Shown here one piece after another: positions 1 through 14,611 of a stretch of DNA of 60,000 bases. The translations under genes and the position numbers were made by a program. Every line of letters starts with the position of its first letter. The first letter of the stretch is position 1. Location of the stretch: assembly GCF_037042905.1 (NCBI RefSeq), contig NC_087246.1, positions 7,318,001 through 7,378,000 of the forward strand. Reading direction: 5' to 3'. The stretch is from Lytechinus pictus (Eukaryota). Below the pieces are notes generated by a model. That model ran no database searches. It was not told the DNA's origin and saw only the letters and a list, made by a program, of their open reading frames with translations.

Positions 1-221
1 AACAAAAAGTACTTTTTTAGAGGGAAAAATACAAATTTCAGCCAAAAAAGTAAAAAAGGGTGTGAAATAGATAAGTGTTTTTTACACACTCACGTCTTTA
101 CATATAAAAAGACATAAGAACAACATTGTCAGTCCAGGTATGGATCTTCATTCTTGTCACAATCTTTTACATGATGGATGCATAAGAAATGTGTGGATGC
201 GAAATTATCGCATTAAGTTCG

Positions 222-717
222 GACTGGGGTAAATTGAGCCAGCCAACATGGGGCAAGTTGAGCCATGGTAATTCTTATGGTAATGTAAATAAAAAAACAA
301 TCAAACCTTAAAAAGCCATCGATATGCAGGCAGATAAGAGCAAATTCACATGACGGTTCTTTTACTTTTAGAGAATGTTAGTATTTATAGAGAATTAGCA
401 AGTGAAAAGACTTTAAATAAAAAATTGACATGCTGGTTCTTCCCGCATACATTTTGTACATAGTTTTTGTGGCTCAACTTACCCTAGAAGGTGGCACAAC
501 TTACCCCACAGATGGGGCAAGTTGTGCCACTTGACATCGTTTTTTTCAAAGGTCACAACGAATTTCAGTGTGGGGGTAGAACGTTGTATATAGGTGAAAA
601 AGATTTCCCAAGAATCATATTTAAAGGCAAGGTACTTATTTCTACAATATTATTAGTCATATCAATTCTATCATGGAAAATGCAAAAAGTGTCACAACTT
701 ACCCCGCCTTCCCCTAC
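222..717. mobile_element. Non-autonomous DNA transposon (MITE), left end degraded
   Basis: Multiple GGGG(T/C)AAGTTG(A/T)GCC motifs and their reverse complement (CAACTTACCCC); right end ...ACAACTTACCCCGCCTTCCCCTAC. No coding capacity. Confidence 0.55.
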
Positions 718-954
718 TCTTTTTAATAGGTAGGTATAACCTGTATGACCACCTGAGGGAGAAAATAATTTTTTTTGGATAAATATTTCAATGGAAAAAA
801 TATTAAAGGAAACCAGTTTTGTGATCAGGTGGTCCTTCTATTTTATGATTCAGGAACTAGGTTGGTTATATATTTTGGGAAGAATGGTCACTTGTGACTT
901 TTTATGAACATTTTTTTTTTTTTTTTTGTTTTTTGTTCTTTCATACCACCACAG

Positions 955-1112
955 ATATTGTGAAGTTTGATAATAGTTTCAGCTGGGCTCGGAGCAAGAA
1001 ACTCTTTTACTGGATAGAACTTTTAGAGCCTGATATACAGAATGATGACCAACACGATGATGACGGCAATGATGACCAGGAAGATGATTTTGTGCAAGCA
1101 ATAGATGGCTGA
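955..1112 (+). CDS. Terminal coding exon of a SEC14-like (CRAL-TRIO + GOLD) protein, C-terminal GOLD strands plus acidic tail
   Basis: Polypyrimidine tract and CAG acceptor ending at 954; reads (Y)IVKFDNSFSWARSKKLFYWIELLEPDIQNDDQHDDDGNDDQEDDFVQAIDG*, matching the SEC14L2-type GOLD end motif Y.xxFDNxxSxxxxKKxxxxxExLxP. Upstream exons lie outside the window. Confidence 0.8.
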
Positions 1113-4100
1113 AAACTGCAATGATCACTAGTATTTTCATAGTGACTTTTCAGGGGGTATTTTATGTGCTGAAATCTTACAATGGTATTATTTATTTGTG
1201 GATTTTGCAACTGAACAACTGCAGAATTGTTCATTTTCTCCTTTACTCATGTATTATTTATGCTATTAGTATAAGACATTCATTATTTGTGTAAATGATT
1301 CATTATGTGTGTGAGTGATTAGGTATATGTATGTACATATATAATTTTGATTGTTTGGGATCATATTTAGAGAAAGCCAAGTGAATACTATGATTGTGTG
1401 TGAAGTATTAAGTACAAGTTCAATAAGATTCATACCTCGTCCTATATGCACTGTGCTATCTATGAGGAGATCTTTATTTTCTTATGATATGACCAACATA
1501 ATTCAGAGTGTTTAACACTCATATACAAAAGCTTATCATTTGTATAGATGAAAAAAAATGAAGAAAGTTAAATGAATTATATTTAATGGTCTAACTTGAT
1601 CAGTAAATTGATGAGAATAATATTTTTGATAGGTCTTAATACAAATGAATTTCACATATGATAATATGCATGAAAAAGGCTATGTAATAGCATACCAATG
1701 GCAAATGAAACACAAGGTGATAATGTTTTGTTGTTTGAGTTAATTGAAATGTGTATTGATTCTAGTTGCTTTACCAAGTGATTTTAACTTGTGCCATGAA
1801 CACTAATACTACATTTATCAGTACAGCAAAAAGGACTTGTCGAAAGAGGTTAGTCAATGTAAAGCTGGTTTATATTCAACCATATTCATGCATAGTGTAA
1901 TATTTTTAAATCAAATCTGCAGTGCAGTAGATTCTAAGAGAACTCATGAAAATTAGCATTTCTTCAATAGACATCAATGAAATTTGACAATCAAATGCAT
2001 ATATATTTACATGTAAGTCAAAATTGATCGAACTTCTTGATATTTATATATATTGTGAAATTTACGCTAATATTTCATTAGTGCCAAAACCAATGGTCTT
2101 GCATTCCCGAATGCTGCTAAACATGTGGTTGATTTTACAACCTACATGAACCTACGTGTACCTAAAGAATACAGACTTACAGCTGTGTGATGTAATGTGC
2201 AAATATCAACCTTCTCACTTTCTATGTATTCCAAAGAGCTAGTGGAACCTGGGCTGCAGCCAGTCAATTTTTTCTCTGATATTCTACCAGTCTGTCGCAG
2301 TTGACCAAGTTCACACTGCCACTTCTGTATTAATTTACTTTAATATTTATTTATTTTTCTGTCCATCCTAGGTCGTGTTATCAGATAGATGATCATGATG
2401 TAACATGATTGGAAGAGCTACATTAACAATTGCTTTTCTTGCATTAAGGACGCTCTAAAGTTCTGTTTGTGTGCATCTTGATTTGCACATATTTTACACT
2501 ATGTGCATGTATGTGACACTTAATGAAACTAATTAATCAGCTATTTGGTATCAGCTAATTTTTCTTGTGATACTTTACTCTGCAGTGCTATGAAATAATG
2601 CGAATATGATTTTGAGGGTAATATAATTGTAACTGGGAGGCTTCTGAATTTTCAAGTGTATACTTTTTGTTCTTTTCTTGCAATACTTTAATTTGAGGAT
2701 GTTTTTATTTGATTATCAAGAATGAAATGAATTTGAATTGAATGATATGAAATGAATATTACTATCACTAAATATTGCAAAAAACAAACAAACAAAAAAG
2801 AAGAACATGAAGAACATATTCATAACAATAATACTAATTACCAGTATACATTGTTGTTAATCGGGGGGGGGGGGGGGTGGATGGGAATTGTCCCCCCTTG
2901 AATTTCAAATATTGTACAGCAGCCTGTGAGGGTCTTATCCCGTTAAATGAAAAAAAATCACTGACTATGGCAGTATATGAATGAGAGTCTTTTCTATGTA
3001 CAATGTAATGTATTTAATGATTAAGAGGCTTTTCTATGTACAATGTAATGTATGTAAAAATCTGTATGGTCTTTCACACATGTCAAACTTAGTAATGAAA
3101 ATATCAGGTTGAGAGAGAGAGAGAGAAAGAAAGAGAGGGGAGAGAGATCGTATGTTTAGCCATGTCTTACTACCCGAGTGCAATACCGTTTATTTCTTCC
3201 TTTGGTGTAAAAAGTAAAACCAAAGCTCAGCCTTAAATAATAACTTCAAAAGTTTGGCAAAATATGTCAACTTTAAACTGATATCTTAATAGAGCTTGTG
3301 CTTTATGTTGTGCTAGTGAATATTTTAACCTTATAGAGGAGACGGAGGGACTTATAACATAAACATTCATGCACAAATTTGACTGCTCAAATTAAACAAA
3401 TATGTTTATAGCTAAACTTATAAGACAACATGACTATTTCTTTTTTCTGATGAATCAATGACTAGTTAATAGTTTTTAATATTTTTCTTCTTATAATATA
3501 TATACATATATGCAAAATTTTATCCAGGGTGTGGCCCATATATATATGTATATATGCCCCACCCCCTGCGATAAACATTTACAAAAATGGTTAGGAGGAA
3601 AAATGTTAATGTATTTTTGTTTTGTAAAGGATGTTATCACAACCTTTCAAGACGATATTGTATTTCAATTGAGAATATTATAGTGATTCACCATATAGTG
3701 ACTACCCGGTGCTGGTTTCTCCACTCATCATATTTCATTTATTCTCAATATCATTATGGACCTGAATGATTATGATATTTATGTGTTTTGTTGTTATGGA
3801 ATTTTAAATCTGATTATGATTTCATTTTATACATGGTCCATGAAACTTGTTTAAGATTGAGTATAACATGTAAAATGTATGAGATGTGAAGTGCCATACT
3901 AGTAATTATGTATATAATTGCTTTTCAAATGTGAACTGCAAGGTTGAATATTATAGATTGTAAATGGCATTCATTTGTTAGCCACTGCCAGAACTGGCAA
4001 GTTAGTTGATGTATTTCAAATTTGAAATTCATTGGATTATCAGAAGCGTAGATTTGAAATTATGTTAAAATCTAATCTGGTGCATTTAGAAATCAATCCG

Positions 4101-5860
4101 AGTTATGATAATTTCAAACATAGTTTTTGTCAGGAAAATTTTTACCTATAAATGCACACAGACCCAATGTATTCATATTGTAGTTTTTTATTACAATATA
4201 AAAAAATGCCATTGAATAGGTCAATGGTTTTATTTCCTTGATTATTGTATATCTATCTATGTTTTGTTTTATATTAGGCACAGGTACCTCTAAAGGTATC
4301 CAGTCACATTTCTTGCTTCAATTATGGTAGGTGTCTTGAAATGTCTTCATATGTCAAGTTTAAAGGTGTGTTTTAATCTAATATTATTTTGTGTGCAAGA
4401 TAAGCTGTCTTTCAAAGTTCTATGTCATCTTGGTTTAGCATTAGCTATATTTATTAGCTATGAAGTTATATTTATACTGTAATAAACAATAACTTTTAAT
4501 TCACAAACAGTTTCAAATATTTTTGTGAGATGTGTAATTGATTTCAATTTTTGATAGTGTTTGGTATGTGACAAAATGTCATCTAAGTGGTATCACTTTC
4601 AGATATCATTGACATGCTTCCCTGGTTGTCTGTTTGCATAGATACTTTCCAGTTTGCACATAAACAAGTATTTTTGAAAAGGGATTTCTTAAATGTTTGA
4701 TATAACATTCTAAGATTATACATGATAGAATATTTGGGAAAAAAAAAACAGAATTCAAGAAAAGTTGATATTGAATATACTAATTGCCAAATATGCCAGT
4801 TAAGATATGAAACTCAGGAATGTTGCATAGGTTTCACTCTCAGGAATTCAGGAAAACTTTTCAGAAATTGATTTACATGGATACTGGACCAGTATCAATG
4901 AGATTTACCTCCAGGGATAGTCACAAAGCTAGTTTTTTTTCTTTGAAAAAGCACAATAAAACAATAACTCCTGTACATTTACTATCGGTACATCCAACAA
5001 TGAGTAAAAAACAAAAACAAAAAAACTAAGATTGTTCTATCACACGGTTTCAGTCAATTTCAAGTAATATAAAGAAAGGGGCAGATTTTTTCAAAATATT
5101 ATTTATTCATCCATTGGTATTTAAGGGTTCGCTTCTTAAGTTAATATCTTCCTCCTCTATGTTTCATGTGTCTTTGAGAGAGTGATTAAAGGAAACATGT
5201 CTTTATCCCTTATAGACCTTACAGTTTGAGACTAGTGGAGTGTTACATGAAAGGACTTGTCAGATGTTTTATCTGACAAAGTGTGTTTCTCAGCCAATCA
5301 AAATCAAGGATATTTGTCTGATAAATGTTGATGAAATGCTCTCCTGAATTCTTCATGTTGTTGATGAGGCCTATGTATTTGATTTATTTTTTTATTGAAA
5401 TATTTCTTAGAAATTTCTGTTGAATACACCTTTTGTAAGTGAAATTGATGAAAAATAATTAAGAGAATCAGGGTCTCAGTTTTATAATTATGAGGGGAGC
5501 AATAAAAAGCTCTTCTAAAAGTTTTAAGGGGAGCGGTAGAGGAGCACTGCAAAAAGCTCTTCTTTGACTAACAAGGGGATTTTTTTTGTCTGAAATTAAA
5601 AAGTGGATGGAGGAACATACACTTAGTTGCAAACCACAACTTAGGAAACAAACAATCAGATGTATAGGCAACATTGATCTCAATGAACTTTTTGTTGTCA
5701 TTTTTGCAATGTGTGTTATTGCCTTTTTGTATGTCTTCTAATTTGACTTAGAATGAGGTTTTCAAGCTTGGCTCTTAACAGTTCAATCATTGACTGACAC
5801 TCTTATTCTATTTTCAGGCTAAGTGATGTCAGAACAGAGTCATATGGAAATAAAATGTAG
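1113..5860 (+). other. Probable long 3' UTR/downstream region of the SEC14-like gene
   Basis: AT-rich non-coding sequence after the stop, with AATAAA at 4481, 4954 and 5849. The true transcript end cannot be determined from sequence. Confidence 0.35.
3110..3147. repeat. (GA)n-rich microsatellite
   Basis: gagagagagagagagaaagaaagagaggggagagaga. Confidence 0.85.
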
Positions 5861-8689
5861 AAACAATTTTTAATTGTGTATGATGTTGCCTGTTTTCAAA
5901 TTTTTCTGCATTTATCATTTCATATCACAAAAAAAAAAAAAATTCGCTGAGGTGAGCAATAAATCGCTCTACCTGAAATGGTTTAAGGCAAGCAGTAGCG
6001 AGTGATCACTCTCCCCTGTAAACTTAATTTTAGTCCCTGGAGAATCACAGTTGTCAAAATGTGATGAACTTTATAATGTTACTAGAAAATTTATATTTGC
6101 TAGAATTGACTTGTAAACTGGTAAACTTAATGAGATGGAAGGGAGCTGTGAAAACTTACAACTATGATGAGTTTATCAAAATGGTGTAAAAAATGTTATG
6201 CAACGTTGTTTACTATATGAACCGTAGGCCTACAATAGGTGTTTAACAGTATAAACAACCATGCTTTATTTATTGAGAATTACATATTAAAAATTGAACT
6301 TTGTTGTGTAAGATTTTAAACACTTTTAAACAGGGGAGTGATATTCAAAGATGAAGTCGAGGAAGATCATAAGGAAGAGGGTGGCCAGGAAGAGAGACTG
6401 AGAGAGAGAGGGGAAAAGGGGGGTGTAAAATAACAAAATAGAAGAAGGAAGAGTGGTGATGGTGAGAGGAGGAAGGAGATTTGAGGCAAGGGGGGGGGGG
6501 GTTGTAACACTGAGGAGGAAGGAAAATAGAGGAGAATGACAGGTGAGAGAGATAAGGAGATACTGAGTTAAATGAATAAGAAAATGGGTTGAGATGGTAA
6601 AAATAAGAAGTTTTTCTCTCCTCTGATTTAAAAATGAGGTAGAAATTCACTTTGAAGAGTAGAGTCGTCATTGTAAATATTAAGCTAAAATCAAGAACTT
6701 CTTTATCATTCTCAACAAAAATAGTATGAAAATTGTAAGCTATAGTTACATCATTGCTCTCGCATTTGCGTAGACCTATAACCCATTTACTTTTCTGAAA
6801 GTAAAGTTTTATAATGTCACATCTATCTTATTTTCCATCCGATCTTGATTAAATTTTCAATGTTATGCCACTTTTACTTGTCTTTATTAGGTCCATGATT
6901 ATAGAGGTGGGTCTGAAAATAAAGTGTGATAAAAATGAAAGGACTGGCGCCCCGCAGTCTGCAAATCAGTCTCTGGAGCCACTGCCCTAGACGCAAGTCC
7001 CGATGTCTATTTATATCACCCCCGGCAGCAATTTCTTTTTGTTCATCAGTAGGCCTATTTGTCAGGGTTTTTTTCATAAATATTTGAGGCGACACGAAAC
7101 AGGATATTTGGTAATTTCAGCTCGATCGGTGTGGCTCTCCGTTTTTTTTCGTGCAGGGGTCGGTGGTCAGGGGGGGCAAGAGCAAAAAATTTCCCGGTCA
7201 TATGGTATGAACAGGTGTTAATGAGGCGACGATTTTGAGAGGGCCAGATATTGCATATCGGGCAGAATTTATCTTTTAAAAAAAAGTTGCGAGCGAGCAA
7301 AATATCTGACATTTTTAATACAAAAATCCAATTTTGTGATAGATTTTGACATGATATCCAGAAAATGATATCACTCTTCTCTCTTTCCATTCCTTTTTTG
7401 TGGTCTGTTCGCCACTGTGAGCAGGATTCTTTGCGGCAGTAGCGTGAAGAGTAAAAAAAAAACGAAGGGCGCAGTATGGTGCATGTGCTAAAAAGCTGCT
7501 TGATACAAGTCCCGAGCGAGCAAAGCGACCGAGAAAAAAAATCACCTTTTTATTAGAATCTAGTAACTTTGAGATATTTTTGTTGACATTATATTCAGCA
7601 AATAAATCATATCCTACACTCTTCCTTTGCTTTTCTTTCCTCTTTTTTTTTGTTCTTAGTTGTAGATTTTTTGGGGCCATATGGCCCAACCCTTCCATAC
7701 TCATATACAGAAGTCCTATGCGGTTGGGGTCTGGGATGGGGCCCCCGGAACTTTTTGATATCAATGCCATTAAACACTCGCAGATCGCCGCTATTTTTAA
7801 TCAAATCTCGGATAAATGCAGAATATAGCTTTTACACAACACATTTATTCAACCCAGTTGCGTAATGAACCAAATATTTTGAGGGGGCAAAACAGCTAGC
7901 AATGTGGGAAATTTGTTTTTAAAAAATCGCCAGCAAGTAAAGCGAGCTGGAAAAAAAATTGCCTATCAAATTCTAATTATGTGATAGATTTTTCCATTAT
8001 ATTCAGCAAATAACACATTTTATTGTTTCCATTCATTTCATTTTATCTCCTATAATTTCTTTTATTTCCTCTTGGGTGTGGAACCAAGACCCCCCCCCCC
8101 CCGCCTGTACGCCAGTGATTGAACGTAAAGCTAAATGTAGGAAGGGTCCCTATTACAGGGGCGCCTAGAGCCATTTAAAGGTTATAGATGAAGAGCCCCT
8201 AAAAGCCGGCCCGGTAGCTTATTTGCATAAAATTTATCAAGCTTATAGCACAATGTTGAATGCTCTCCATCTTTCTTCCCGCTCTTTATTTTCTTGTCCC
8301 TTTTCTTTGTTTTTCAATTTAGCTTTTGACTAAGATCCATTCAACCTTCATTTCCTGCTATTGTTTGCCATTTTGTCATATTTTAGTTTATTTCCCATCA
8401 TGCTATTGCATTACATAGGCCTATTTCGGAATGATTTGTTCTTTCTCAAATGCTCTTCTTTCGTTCCTTTTCCCGCTTTCCATCCTTTTCCATTAAAAAA
8501 TTCTTCGTTTTCTTTTCACTTTTCCCTTTCCTTTTCCTTCTTTCCTTTTTAATTCCCCTTTCCTTCCCCTTTCTCTTTTTTTTTCTCCCTCCCTTTTCTC
8601 TTTTTCCCCGTTTTTTATTTTCCCGGTGAAATCCGCCAGGTGGCAGGGCGGGGGGGGGGGGGGGGGGGGCTGTTACGCCACTGTCCACT

Positions 8690-9096
8690 AGCTTGTTCTT
8701 ATTTGATTGTATGAAGCAAGGTTTATTCAAAGATTCTACCAAGAACTAAAACAATTGGATCGACAACTGATTAAGTGCATTATTAGTTATTTATTGCCGC
8801 AACTTATTTCATCATAATGGAGACGCATCATGTACTCGTATGAAAAAATGAAACATTTATGATTTCATGTAATAACATAATAAAATTAGGGAAAGTGGAA
8901 ATGTGACATCATCAGCCCACCTAATGAATTTTCATGACGATGTGCATATCCCTGTTTTCACAAAATATTGATAAACTTTAAAATGCAATAACTATGTTAT
9001 TTGTTATCCGTTTTGACGAAAATTTCAGTATTTTGCTCTGTGAATTTTACTTTATTTATTTTAATATAAATGTCTTCAGCCCGGACCATCCCTTTG
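8690..9096. mobile_element. Partial MITE of the AAAGGGATG...CATCCCTTT family (Kolobok-like)
   Basis: Ends in TCAGCCCGGACCATCCCTTT and shares internal sequence (TGACATCATCAGCCCACCTAAT, ACAACTGATTAAGTGCAT) with the copy at 58501-59156. Confidence 0.65.
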
Positions 9097-9335
9097 ACCA
9101 GCGCGCGCTTTAGCTGGGGTGGGATGAATGCGCTGTATAATTCATAATAGACAGTAACTCGTGATTCTCATACTGAACTCGTTAGGATATAGGGTATGGT
9201 TCCGGAATTACTGTCTATTATTTATTTCTATTGCACAAAATACGTTCATCGTACGTAAATACCTAAATTGCAAAATTTCATTCATTCGTATAACTGTCCG
9301 ATTCTTTGTGCATCCGCCGACATCCACCTAACGAA

Positions 9336-9344
9336 ATGGCAGAT
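9336..9344 (+). CDS. RANBP1: RanBP1 inferred exon 1 coding part (Met-Ala-Asp)
   Basis: cgaaATGGCAGAT|GTGAGT: good start context, strong donor and phase 0, which matches the phase-0 acceptor at 37095. Lies in a locally CpG-richer region. Only 9 nt, so the link is inferred. Confidence 0.55.
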
Positions 9345-10247
9345 GTGAGTTTTTGATTTGTTAGAATGTGTCTTAATGTGTAAGATGTGATTTTCAAATG
9401 AACTTTGTCACGATTCGACATTTCTTATCCGTAAACCGCATAGATTTTCACATGTTGTGTTGCGTGAACTGAATGAGTCCTTCGTGCAGCTGTACTGTCT
9501 GTAGCCGTCATAACTGAGTGAGCCTAACATGACTAACGTTAGCTCCTAACATTAGATGAGCATCTAACTAACTTATTATGGAAAAGAGATTTATTATATC
9601 GGCTTGTCCACAGACATGAGTGAAGAAATTGAAATAGAATATTTAGGTGATCTGTCATTCCTGTCAATCGACAGGACAGATCAACTACACTATTTCGTAC
9701 AAATTAGGCCTAGGGCTAGGGCCTAATTATTTAGGCCTAAATCAAAATATTTAATTTATTTATATTTTTCCACCCTTGTCCCACTCACGCGTATTGCAAG
9801 GTTAGTAGTATACTAACCTCGCACCATGAACCGCGTTTGGCAGTGGATTTCTAAATTCTAACTAGTGGGTCGCGCGTGCTGGGATCTCACTTCTGCCTGG
9901 ACCTGGTGTCCACAACACACGACTTCTAGTTCTATGGCTTGATTTTTTTGTGCGCGGCTGCATGTAATGAACCCTTTGGACTTTGGTGCCCTTGTCCCAC
10001 CAAAATCTGGGCCTAACTTACATCTTCAATTTTTCTCAAAATATCAGTTATGGGGACATGTCAGCCGTCTGTTTCGAGGAGATTTTTTAACATTTTAAAT
10101 TTTTTAAAATTTCTCCTCGTACACAGACGTAGCCTGGAGGCGTCTTGGGGAGTAAAAGTAATAATACTCTATCACTCATGTATGGTCACTCCCGAGCTCC
10201 CCGAACGCCTGGCGTTTGTACATAGGCTCCCATGCACCAAACAGTAC

Positions 10248-10694
10248 TAGTAGAGGCGCACGGCCAATATTGGAGACTGTCTCCAAAATGGGAGATTATC
10301 TCCAATATCAGAGACTTTTGTAAAGAATTTGGGTATCCAATTTCAGAGACAGTCTCCAGTTTTGGAGTCCAATTTCCTTTGTTTACATTTGCTGCAAAAG
10401 GATTAACTTGGCGGCAAATAAAAATATGATAAGCAGATTCCTCATGAAAAATTACCCCTTTTCACAGTCTACTTTAAAAATTCACCGTCTACTTTTGTTT
10501 TGATAAGGATTTTTGTTGTCAATCACACACAAAACAAATGGGCTTCTGACCTCAGTGAGACAAAATTTTGGGTGGAAAAAATCATGCTTTTGTTGGTGTT
10601 GTTTCTTTTGTCCTTTTGCAAAGCAAGTCTCCAATGTGGGAGATTGTCTCCCCTATTGGAGAGAGTCTCCCATATTGGCCGTGCGCCTCTACTG
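10248..10694. mobile_element. MITE with ~40-bp TIRs (hAT-like ends)
   Basis: (T)AGTAGAGGCGCACGGCCAATATTGGAGAC... and ...GTCTCCCATATTGGCCGTGCGCCTCTACTG; internal GGAGAnnnTCTCC palindromes; no TSD seen. Confidence 0.8.
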
Positions 10695-11462
10695 CCAAAG
10701 AAAAAGGCAACTATAAAAATGCGCCAAACTGCTAGTTATGTTTAGAATCTGAGGTTAACAGTAATGTTGTAAATCGGATCAAAAATCAGATCGAAAATCG
10801 GATCGGCAGTTAAGCTTCTAAAATCGAAATCGAATCGAAAATCGAATCGGCGATGTTTAAAAACAAAGGAATACATCAAAATGTTGTTCGCGGTCGCGCG
10901 CATCTTCCTGACAAAGTCACAAAGACGAATGCATTGGAATGGAAGTCGCCAACATGCGCGATCGTTTGGAACATGTTTTAAAGCCAGGGGTTTTGAGGTG
11001 TTATTGCTTTAAAATAAACCGAGTGATTTTTATTAGAAAGATAAACGAAAGACGCATCTTCCGAGCAAAGGCGCAAAGGAAAATAAAATGAAAATATTCA
11101 TCATAGATCACAGGTTAATGAACGATCGGCGGGACATCTTTTAGAAGTATTTTTAGGTGCTAGCGATTTAGAATTATTGGAATGATCTCTTACGACGCAT
11201 CATCTTAAAGTCGCAAGTGCAATTAAAATGAAGTAGAAGACGCAAGCACGCAAGATGATTTGAAATATGTTATTAAAATGTTTTGGGTAGCTAGCGTTTT
11301 CAAATCAATTTGAAGTTCACGGCGGGGTCCGCTATCACCACGAGGTTGAAGAGAAGATGTCTATCATCATAAAGGGGGTAAGAGAGTAGCGCAGTGAGCT
11401 CCGTCGGTAATACGACCTTTCAAAATTCACGGCGGCATCCGCTATCACCACGAGGTTAAAAA

Positions 11463-14400
11463 TAATGTTGTAAATCGGATCAAAAATCAGATCGAAAATC
11501 GGATCGGCAGTTAAGCTTCTAAAATCGAAATCGAATCGAAAATCGAATCGGTATGTTTAAAAACAAAGGAATACATCAAAATGTTGTTCGCGGTCGCGCG
11601 CATCTTCCTGACAAAGTCACAAAGACGAATGCATTGGAATGGAAGTCGCCAACATGCGCGATCGTTTGGAACATGTTTTAAAGCCAGGGGTTTTGAGGTG
11701 TTATAGCTTTAAAATAAACCGAGTGATTTTTATTAGAAAGATAAACGAAAGACGCATCTTCCGAGCAAAGGCGCAAAGGAAAATAAAATGAAAATATTTC
11801 TCATAGATCACAGGTTAATGAACGATCGGCGGGACATCTTTTAGAAGTATTTTTAGGTGCTAGCGATTTAGAATTATTGGAATGATCTCTTACGACGCAT
11901 CATCTTAAAGTCGCAAGTGCAATTAAAATGAAGTAGAAGACGCAAGCACGCACGATGATTTGAAATATGTTATTAAAATGTTTTGGGTAGCTAGCGTTTT
12001 CAAATCAATTTGAAGTTCACGGCGGGGTCCGCTATCACCACGAGGTTGAAGAGAAGATTTATATCATTATAAAGGGGGTAAGAGAGTAGCGCAGTGAGCT
12101 CCGTCGGTAATACGACCTTTCAAAGTTCACGGCGGCATCCGCTATCACCACGAGGTTGAAAATAAAATGTATATCATCATAAACGATGTAAGAGAGTAAC
12201 GCAGTGAGCTCCGTCGGTAATACGACCTTTCAAAGTTCACGGCGGCATCCGCTATCACCACGAGGTTGAAAATAAAATGTATATCATCATAAACGATGTA
12301 AGAGAGTAACGCAATAAGCTCCGTCAGTAGCACGATCTTTAAAAGTTCACGGCGGGGTCCGCAATCACCACGAGGTTGAAAATAAAATGTAAATCATCAT
12401 AAACGATGTAAGAGAGTAACGCAATGAGCTCCGTCAATAGTACGACCTTTCAAAGTTCACGGCGGCATCCGCTATCACCACGAGGTTGAAAATAAAATGT
12501 ATATCATCATAAACGATGTAAGAGAGTAACGCAGTGAGCTCCGTCGGTAATACGACCTTTCAAAGTTCACGGCGGCATCCGCTATCACCACGAGGTTGAA
12601 AATAAAATGTAAATCATCATAAACGATGTAAGAGAGTAACGCAATGAGCTCCGTCAATAGTACGACCTTTCAAAGTTCACGGCGGCATCCGCTATCACCA
12701 CGAGGTTGAAAATAAAATGTATATCATCATAAACGATGTAAGAGAGTAACGCAATGAGCTCCGTCAATAGTACGACCTTTCAAAGTTCACGGCGGCATCC
12801 GCTATCACCACGAGGTTGAAAATAAAATGTATATCATCATAAACGATGTAAGAGAGTAACGCAATAAGCTCCGTCAGTAGCACGATCTTTAAAAGTTCAC
12901 GGCGGGGTCCGCTATCACCACGAGGTTGAAAATAAAATGTATACATCATAAACGATGTAAGAGAGTAACGCAGTGAGCTCCGTCGGTAATACGACCTTTC
13001 AAAGTTCACGGCGGCATCCGCTATCACCACGAGGTTGAAAATAAAATGTATATCATCATAAACGATGTAAGAGAGTAACGCAATAAGCTCCGTCAGTAGC
13101 ACGATCTTTAAAAGTTCACGGCGGGGTCCGCTATCACCACGAGGTTGAAAATAAAATGTAAATCATCATAAACGATGTAAGAGAGTAACGCAATGAGCTC
13201 CGTCAATAGTACGACCTTTCAAAGTTCACGGCGGCATCCGCTATCACCACGAGGTTGAAAATAAAATGTATATCATCATAAACGATGTAAGAGAGTAACG
13301 CAATAAGCTCCGTCAGTAGCACGATCTTTAAAAGTTCACGGCGGGGTCCGCTATCACCACGAGGTTGAAAATAAAATGTAAATCATCATAAACGATGTAA
13401 GAGAGTAACGCAATAAGCTCCGTCAGTAGCACGATCTTTAAAAGTTCACGGCGGGGTCCGCTATCACCACGAGGTTGAAAATAAAATGTAAATCATCATA
13501 AACGATGTAAGAGAGTAACGCAATGAGCTCCGTCAATAGTACGACCTTTCAAAGTTCACGGCGGCATCCGCTATCACCACGAGGTTGAAAATAAAATGTA
13601 TATCATCATAAACGATGTAAGAGAGTAACGCAATAAGCTCCGTCAATAGTACAGTCTTTAAAAGTTTATGGCGGGGTCCGCTATCACCACGAGGTTGAAG
13701 AGAAGATTTATATCATTATAAACGGGGTTAGAGAGTAGCGCAGTGAGCTCCGTCGGTAATACGACCTTTCAAAGTTCACGGCGGCTTCCGCTATCACCAC
13801 GAGGTTGAAAATAAAATTAATATCATCATAAACGATGTAAGAGAGCAACGCAATAAGCTCCGTCAATAGTACAGTCTTTAAAAGTTTATGGCGGGGTCCG
13901 CTATCACCACGAGGTTGAAGAGAAGATTTATATCATTATAAACGATGTAAGAGAGTAACGCAATGAGCTCCGTCAGTAGCACGATCTTTAAAAGTTCACG
14001 GCGGGGTCCGCTATCACCACGAGGTTGAAAATAAAATGTATATCATCATAAATGATGTAAGAGAGTAACGCAATAAGCTCCGTCAATAGTACAGTCTTTA
14101 AAAGTTTATGGCGGGGTCCGCTATCACCACGAGGTTGAAGAGAAGATTTATATCATTATAAAGGGGGTAAGAGAGTAGCGCAGTGAGCTCCGTCGGTAAT
14201 TACGACCTTTCGAAGTTCACGGCGGCATCCGCTATCACCACGAGGTTGAAAATAAAATGTATATAATCATAAACGATGTAAGAGAGTAACGCAGTGAGCT
14301 CCATCGGTAATACGACCTTTCAAAGTTCACGGCGGCATCCGCTATCACCATGAGTTGGAAGAGAAGCGGAAGAGAAGATATCTATCATCTTAAACATCGC

Positions 14401-14611
14401 CATAGATAATACCGCGTCTTTCTCCCTGGATAATGCGACCTCTAAATAGCTAGCACCTCAAAAACAATCACGCACTGTAACCAGATCTACGCCGATTTTT
14501 TATTTTCGATTTTTTCCTTCAAGGGGCATGATCGAAGATCGGCAGGTGATTGCCGATTGTGGTGAAATCGAATGGAATCGGTTGCCGATTGCAAAATCGG
14601 TTACAAGCTTA
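11463..14611. mobile_element. Inner copy of the same hAT-like element, inserted into the outer copy
   Basis: Same left and right ends, flanked by a perfect 8-bp direct repeat GTTAAAAA (11455-11462 and 14612-14619); an 8-bp TSD is typical of hAT. Confidence 0.85.
12014..14352. repeat. 110-bp tandem array (~21 units) inside the inner element
   Basis: Unit caaagttcacggcggcatccgctatcaccacgaggttgaaaataaaatgtatatcatcataaacgatgtaagagagtaacgcagtgagctccgtcggtaatacgaccttt; period 110 (e.g. 12121 and 12231). Confidence 0.95.

Noticed and set aside
2989..3053. 25-bp direct repeat with 40-bp period
   Set aside because: Simple local duplication in UTR-like sequence with no further structure.
6345..8742. 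Several 60-150-aa ORFs
   Set aside because: Low-complexity purine/pyrimidine tracts and poly-G short repeats; no domain similarity or coherent splice structure.
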